A stretch of 64,000 nucleotides of DNA. Source: Salinispira sp. GTDB lineage: Bacteria > Spirochaetota > Spirochaetia > DSM-27196 > Salinispiraceae. Position 1 is the stretch's first letter. Each line of letters opens with the position of its first letter. Under the pieces are notes generated by a model. The model was not told the origin of the DNA and ran no database searches. It saw nothing but the letters and a program-made list of their open reading frames with translations. The stretch lies in the NCBI GenBank assembly GCA_965226555.1, contig CBDDDG010000014.1, positions 96,001 through 160,000 of the forward strand. The letters run 5' to 3'. A program made the translations under genes and the position numbers. Of this stretch, positions 60,279 through 64,000 are shown one piece after another.

Positions 60279-61278
60279 AGGCCTATGGATCATTATTCTC
60301 ACTTTTTATGTATCTCTCTTTTCGGTATCTGCCGATATACGTCTTACCGACTTCCTCGCAGATCACAGTTTCCGCCTCTACTGGGATGACATCAGTCAGC
60401 GGGGGATGATCTGGAGAGGTACAGAACTCATCTCATTTATGCCGGATTTTCCGCTTGCGGCAGTGAACCTCAGAGAATTTATTCCCATAGATCCACTCTA
60501 TATCAGCAACGGAAACCTGTATATTCCAGAAAAAACAGGCGCGCTCATAGCAGAACGCCTTCTGCCCCGGGACACTGAGGAGTTCCGTACGGTAGATACA
60601 ATATTTATTGACCCCGGGCACGGAGGCAAGGACCCGGGAGCGGTGGGAACACTCGCATCGGGGAAGAGTGTATTTGAAAAAGATATTGTTCTTGCTGTCA
60701 GCCGGCAATTGCTTGAGTTTCTGCGTATGCGCTTTCCCGAAAAAAGAATTATTCTTTCCCGCGATACCGATCATTTTCTTACGCTTGAAGAACGCACGGA
60801 AATGGCCAATGAGTTTATTGAAAGTAACGATGAAAAGGTCATATTTCTAAGTGTTCATGCGAACGCGAGCCTTAACAAACAGGCGCGGGGCATTGAGCTG
60901 TGGTATCTGCCCCCGGAGCATCGGCGTCAGGTTATTCAGGCAGGCAATATCAATTCCGAAAACACTTCGGTATTGCCCATTCTCAACACACTTCTTGAGG
61001 AAGAATACACGCTCGAAAGCATTATTCTTGCCCGCTACATTGAACAGGAAATGCTGGGTCAGTTAGGGGGGCTCAGTCCTTCCCGCGGTCTGAAAGAAAT
61101 GGACTGGCATGTTGTGCGAAAGGCGCGCATGCCCTCAGTTCTCATTGAGCTCGGCTTTATTACGAACAAGACAGAGGTTGAATTGTTGCACAATGCCGAC
61201 TACTTGCGGAAGTTGAGTACAGGAATATACAATGGCCTTGTCAATTTTATTCAGGATTTTGAAAGTGTATCTCAGTAA
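60271..61278 (+). CDS. N-acetylmuramoyl-L-alanine amidase (Amidase_3)
   Basis: IDPGHGGKDPGA, EKD..L, L.ER...AN, SVHANAS, MPSVLIELGFITN. Confidence 0.92.
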   Translation: MTKGLWIIILTFYVSLFSVSADIRLTDFLADHSFRLYWDDISQRGMIWRGTELISFMPDFPLAAVNLREFIPIDPLYISNGNLYIPEKTGALIAERLLPRDTEEFRTVDTIFIDPGHGGKDPGAVGTLASGKSVFEKDIVLAVSRQLLEFLRMRFPEKRIILSRDTDHFLTLEERTEMANEFIESNDEKVIFLSVHANASLNKQARGIELWYLPPEHRRQVIQAGNINSENTSVLPILNTLLEEEYTLESIILARYIEQEMLGQLGGLSPSRGLKEMDWHVVRKARMPSVLIELGFITNKTEVELLHNADYLRKLSTGIYNGLVNFIQDFESVSQ

Positions 61279-61771
61279 AATTCGTTTCATCGGAGAAAAA
61301 CCTTTTCGTTTTATCGGAGAAAAACCCCTGCTTCTTGTCATGGCGGCATTCTTTTTCATTTCATTATTTTTTATACTCTTTCATCAAAGAGGAGTGGAAA
61401 AGGTTATCTTTTTCTTTCCCGATGACGTCTATGCGACTGTTAACAGAGAGTACCGGATCATTCCCCGCAAACGCGGTCTGACAGAAAGGGTAGGAGCGTA
61501 TATGGATGAATATATCCTCGGCCCCTCCGATTTTCGTTCGCATATCATTTTTTCGCGCGATTCAACTATTCAGTCCCTGTTTTATCTGAGGGGAGGTGAT
61601 ATGATACTTAATCTCCAGCCCAATTCTTTACAGACAACGGACGAAATCAGCATGGATACCGCGCTTACCATGGTTCGTGAAGGAATACAGATAAATTTTC
61701 CCAGAATAAGAACAGTCCGTTTTCTTATGCAGGGGCAGGAAATGTTCGCAACGCCGTATGGCGCCGAATAA
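61265..61771 (+). CDS. Membrane-anchored hypothetical protein (GerMN-like)
   Basis: TM helix, E.R.IP, E.ILGP, NFP.I..V.F...GQ; follows the amidase. Confidence 0.55.
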   Translation: MYLSKIRFIGEKPFRFIGEKPLLLVMAAFFFISLFFILFHQRGVEKVIFFFPDDVYATVNREYRIIPRKRGLTERVGAYMDEYILGPSDFRSHIIFSRDSTIQSLFYLRGGDMILNLQPNSLQTTDEISMDTALTMVREGIQINFPRIRTVRFLMQGQEMFATPYGAE

Positions 61772-61832
61772 TGACCCGAGCAGAGAAATGGCATGATGCG
61801 CAAAGGTCCACGCTGTTCTATTTGAGCATCCG

Positions 61833-62828
61833 TTATGGCCGAGCCCGGGTCGTCATGTTGTAGGCATAGAGTTTATCATTATTGTAATCTGACACCCACA
61901 TTGTGTCTCCATTAGACCAAATCCCAGCGGGAAATTCAATTCCGGCGGCAGACAGATCGTCAAAATCCTTTGACGCATCGCGCTCCGTGCTGCTCATGTT
62001 GTAGGCGTATATTTTTCGTTCGTAACTATCTATTACCCACAGTGTTGTCCCGTCCGACCAGAGATCTACGGGGTTACCATTTCCGGCGGCTAACAACGTG
62101 TCAAAATCTTTTGAGGCATCGCGGGCCTTGGTTGTCATGTCGTAGGCATAAAGTTTTCCATCCTCATTATCCGACACCCACATTGTGTCTCCATTAGACC
62201 AGAGCCCAGCGGGAAAATCATTTTCGTTGTCCAGTGTGTTAAAATCCTTTGAGGCATCGCGGGCCTTGGTATTCATGTTATAGGCATAGATTTTGTCATC
62301 GACACTATCTGTTACCCACATTGTGTCTCCGTTAGACCATAAGCCATAGGAGTAACTATTTCCGGCGGCTAACAGCGTGTCGAAATCCTTTGCTGCGTCG
62401 CGGGCCTTGGTTTTCATGTTGTATGCGTAGATTTTTATCTTATCCCAATCTACTATCCACAATGTTGTCCCATTAGACCATAAGCCGTAGGGGCTATTCC
62501 CGGCAGCTTTTAGCGTGGTAAAATCGTCCCGGTGATCCTCATCGGAATTATACCCGTCTGCGTCATAACCGCTTGCGTCATAACCGCCCGGATCATAGCC
62601 GTTTTTGTCATAGCCGTCCGCATCAAACCCGTTTTTGTCATAGCCGTCCGGGTTGTAGCGCGTGCCGGTGTCTTGATGAATGCCGGCATCATTAAAGCCG
62701 TTTGCATCGTACATTTCACAGGCCGTGAGAATTAATATTAGGGTAAACATGAAAAAGAGCCCTCTCAGCAACTGCGGGCTGAGAAAGCGCTTCCTGCTTT
62801 CCTTATCTTTATTATCAGAAATCTGCAT
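61833..62828 (-). CDS. Lipoprotein with D..GY pentapeptide repeats and ~48-aa beta-propeller-like repeats
   Basis: SD GGAGG, lipobox ILTA-C, (D/N).xGY repeats, five GLWSNGDTMWV.D..D.KIYAY.M units. Confidence 0.8.
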   Translation of the reverse strand: MQISDNKDKESRKRFLSPQLLRGLFFMFTLILILTACEMYDANGFNDAGIHQDTGTRYNPDGYDKNGFDADGYDKNGYDPGGYDASGYDADGYNSDEDHRDDFTTLKAAGNSPYGLWSNGTTLWIVDWDKIKIYAYNMKTKARDAAKDFDTLLAAGNSYSYGLWSNGDTMWVTDSVDDKIYAYNMNTKARDASKDFNTLDNENDFPAGLWSNGDTMWVSDNEDGKLYAYDMTTKARDASKDFDTLLAAGNGNPVDLWSDGTTLWVIDSYERKIYAYNMSSTERDASKDFDDLSAAGIEFPAGIWSNGDTMWVSDYNNDKLYAYNMTTRARP

Positions 62829-62857
62829 ACATTCCTCCATGCAAAATATAGTTAAGA

Positions 62858-62909
62858 GAAACTTTTGCATTGAAAAATTGCTTGCACAATTTCCAGTAAC
62901 AAAACTTTC
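62858..62909 (-). repeat. Long palindrome (partial copies also at 60228-60245 and 63058-63087)
   Basis: GAAACTTTTGCATTGAAAAATTGC-TT-GCACAATTTCCAGTAACAAAACTTTC. Confidence 0.85.
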
Positions 62910-63218
62910 TGAAAACAGTTTAATCAATAATTTTACAAAGCGTCAACTATGTAGGAGAAACTTTTTTCGAAAATAAAAATCGGCGCGTTTATGGTTGAAT
63001 TGGCCATGTATTTATAGGGGGGTATTGACGTTTACGCAGGGATCGGATTAAATTGTAGAAACTTTTGCATTGGGAAATTGTGCTTGAATTCACCCATTTG
63101 GGATAATTTGGGATAATTTGGGATAATTTGTATTGCATATTCTCAATACAGGGTATATACTGCTTACTAAATTGTTATAGAAATTTTTAAGCCATTACGA
63201 AATTGGAGAATATTACCA

Positions 63219-64000
63219 ATGAATGTTCAGAAACAAACAAGCATTATTGCTGCCGTTCTTTTTATTTTCATGCTCATACTTGCTGCCTGCCCCTCAGCCT
63301 TTGTCTACATTCCCAATAAAGACGACCGCATTCCCCCCAACGCCTTCGACAACAATGTTGAGCGCGCGAAGAAGCCGCAATGGTTTGTCCGCAAACTCGG
63401 CAGCAACGACCCATGGGGCTCCCCGGGAACAAGCATAAAAGTAAGTTTCCCCCACGATGTGGAACTTATTGCGCGGTCAGATACTCCCGGCGCAGTCATA
63501 CACTATGAATCTGGCGAATCATTTGCAAAAATTCCCCCATTCAGCAATAAGAGCGAGAACAGCGCCACAAGAAATGAAGACAACCCGCTCACACTTTCAG
63601 GCAGCTTCAGCACCCGCGCATACAGTGCTGCCGTCGAGGCGCCGCTTATTCATCCCTCCGGCAACAGCTACCTGATAGTAACCCTCTATCCCGACAGGGC
63701 CCCGACGCCCTTATTTGACACTTCACCCGGTAACTACGACCAGCAATCGCTCAAAATTTTATTTACCACTCCAGGTTCCGGTATTTACTACAACATTGTG
63801 ATCTCCCCGGAGGATACCAACAAAAACGGTAAACTTGACCCCGAGGAATTTATTACCCCGAGCGGCAATGATGATAATGTTACAATTAATGTTTCTGATC
63901 CCGATCCTGAGAACTTCCCGAAGATTGATGATGATCCGCTTTCAGGCGTTATCGATTCTTCATTTGAGCCAGATGGAGGATACCAAAAGTATGCCGACAA
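63219..64000 (+). CDS. Lipoprotein, open to window end and missing from the ORF track; FN3-associated/chitobiase-C-like motifs
   Basis: My translation: MNVQKQTSIIAAVLFIFMLILAA-C, SDTPGAVIHY, PTPLFDTSPGNY..TTPGSGIYY, DTNKNGKLDPEEF; no stop before 64000; SD GGAG. Confidence 0.8.
   Translation, partial: MNVQKQTSIIAAVLFIFMLILAACPSAFVYIPNKDDRIPPNAFDNNVERAKKPQWFVRKLGSNDPWGSPGTSIKVSFPHDVELIARSDTPGAVIHYESGESFAKIPPFSNKSENSATRNEDNPLTLSGSFSTRAYSAAVEAPLIHPSGNSYLIVTLYPDRAPTPLFDTSPGNYDQQSLKILFTTPGSGIYYNIVISPEDTNKNGKLDPEEFITPSGNDDNVTINVSDPDPENFPKIDDDPLSGVIDSSFEPDGGYQKYAD

Noticed and set aside
1..64000. tRNA, rRNA or prophage genes
   Set aside because: I recognised none by eye; tRNAscan-SE and barrnap were not run.

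Overview
This 64 kb window is bacterial chromosome, very probably from a spirochete. The lineage call rests on a spirochete-type V/A-ATPase operon (E-C-A-B-D-I-K), a P83/100-like protein, a UPF0164-like protein, a spiro-SPASM locus and spirochete-style lipoboxes. Host association is only inferred from the FN3/DUF285 and propeller-repeat lipoproteins. The housekeeping backbone includes map, sixA, msrA, class II RNR, a PPIase, the V-ATPase, PBP1A, recG, xseAB and an amidase. Two accessory islands interrupt it. Island 1 (2.4-9.6 kb) has an IS5-family element, two FN3+DUF285(BspA-like) lipoproteins (one frameshifted at a G16 tract) and a shattered Rpn gene. Island 2 (47.0-51.3 kb) has four Rpn genes or fragments alternating with two orphan DUF285 3'-end cassettes. 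About 25-30 copies of an unnamed modular palindrome family are scattered through the window, with filled/empty site pairs showing insertion, and a 42-bp GC-rich micro-element is inserted in frame in the IS5 transposase. The best candidate for an undescribed system is the Rpn-linked DUF285 tail-cassette arrangement, together with the palindromes that disrupt Rpn nuclease halves while leaving the internal C-terminal (RpnS-like) ORFs largely intact. All family calls come from motif recognition by eye; no database searches were run.
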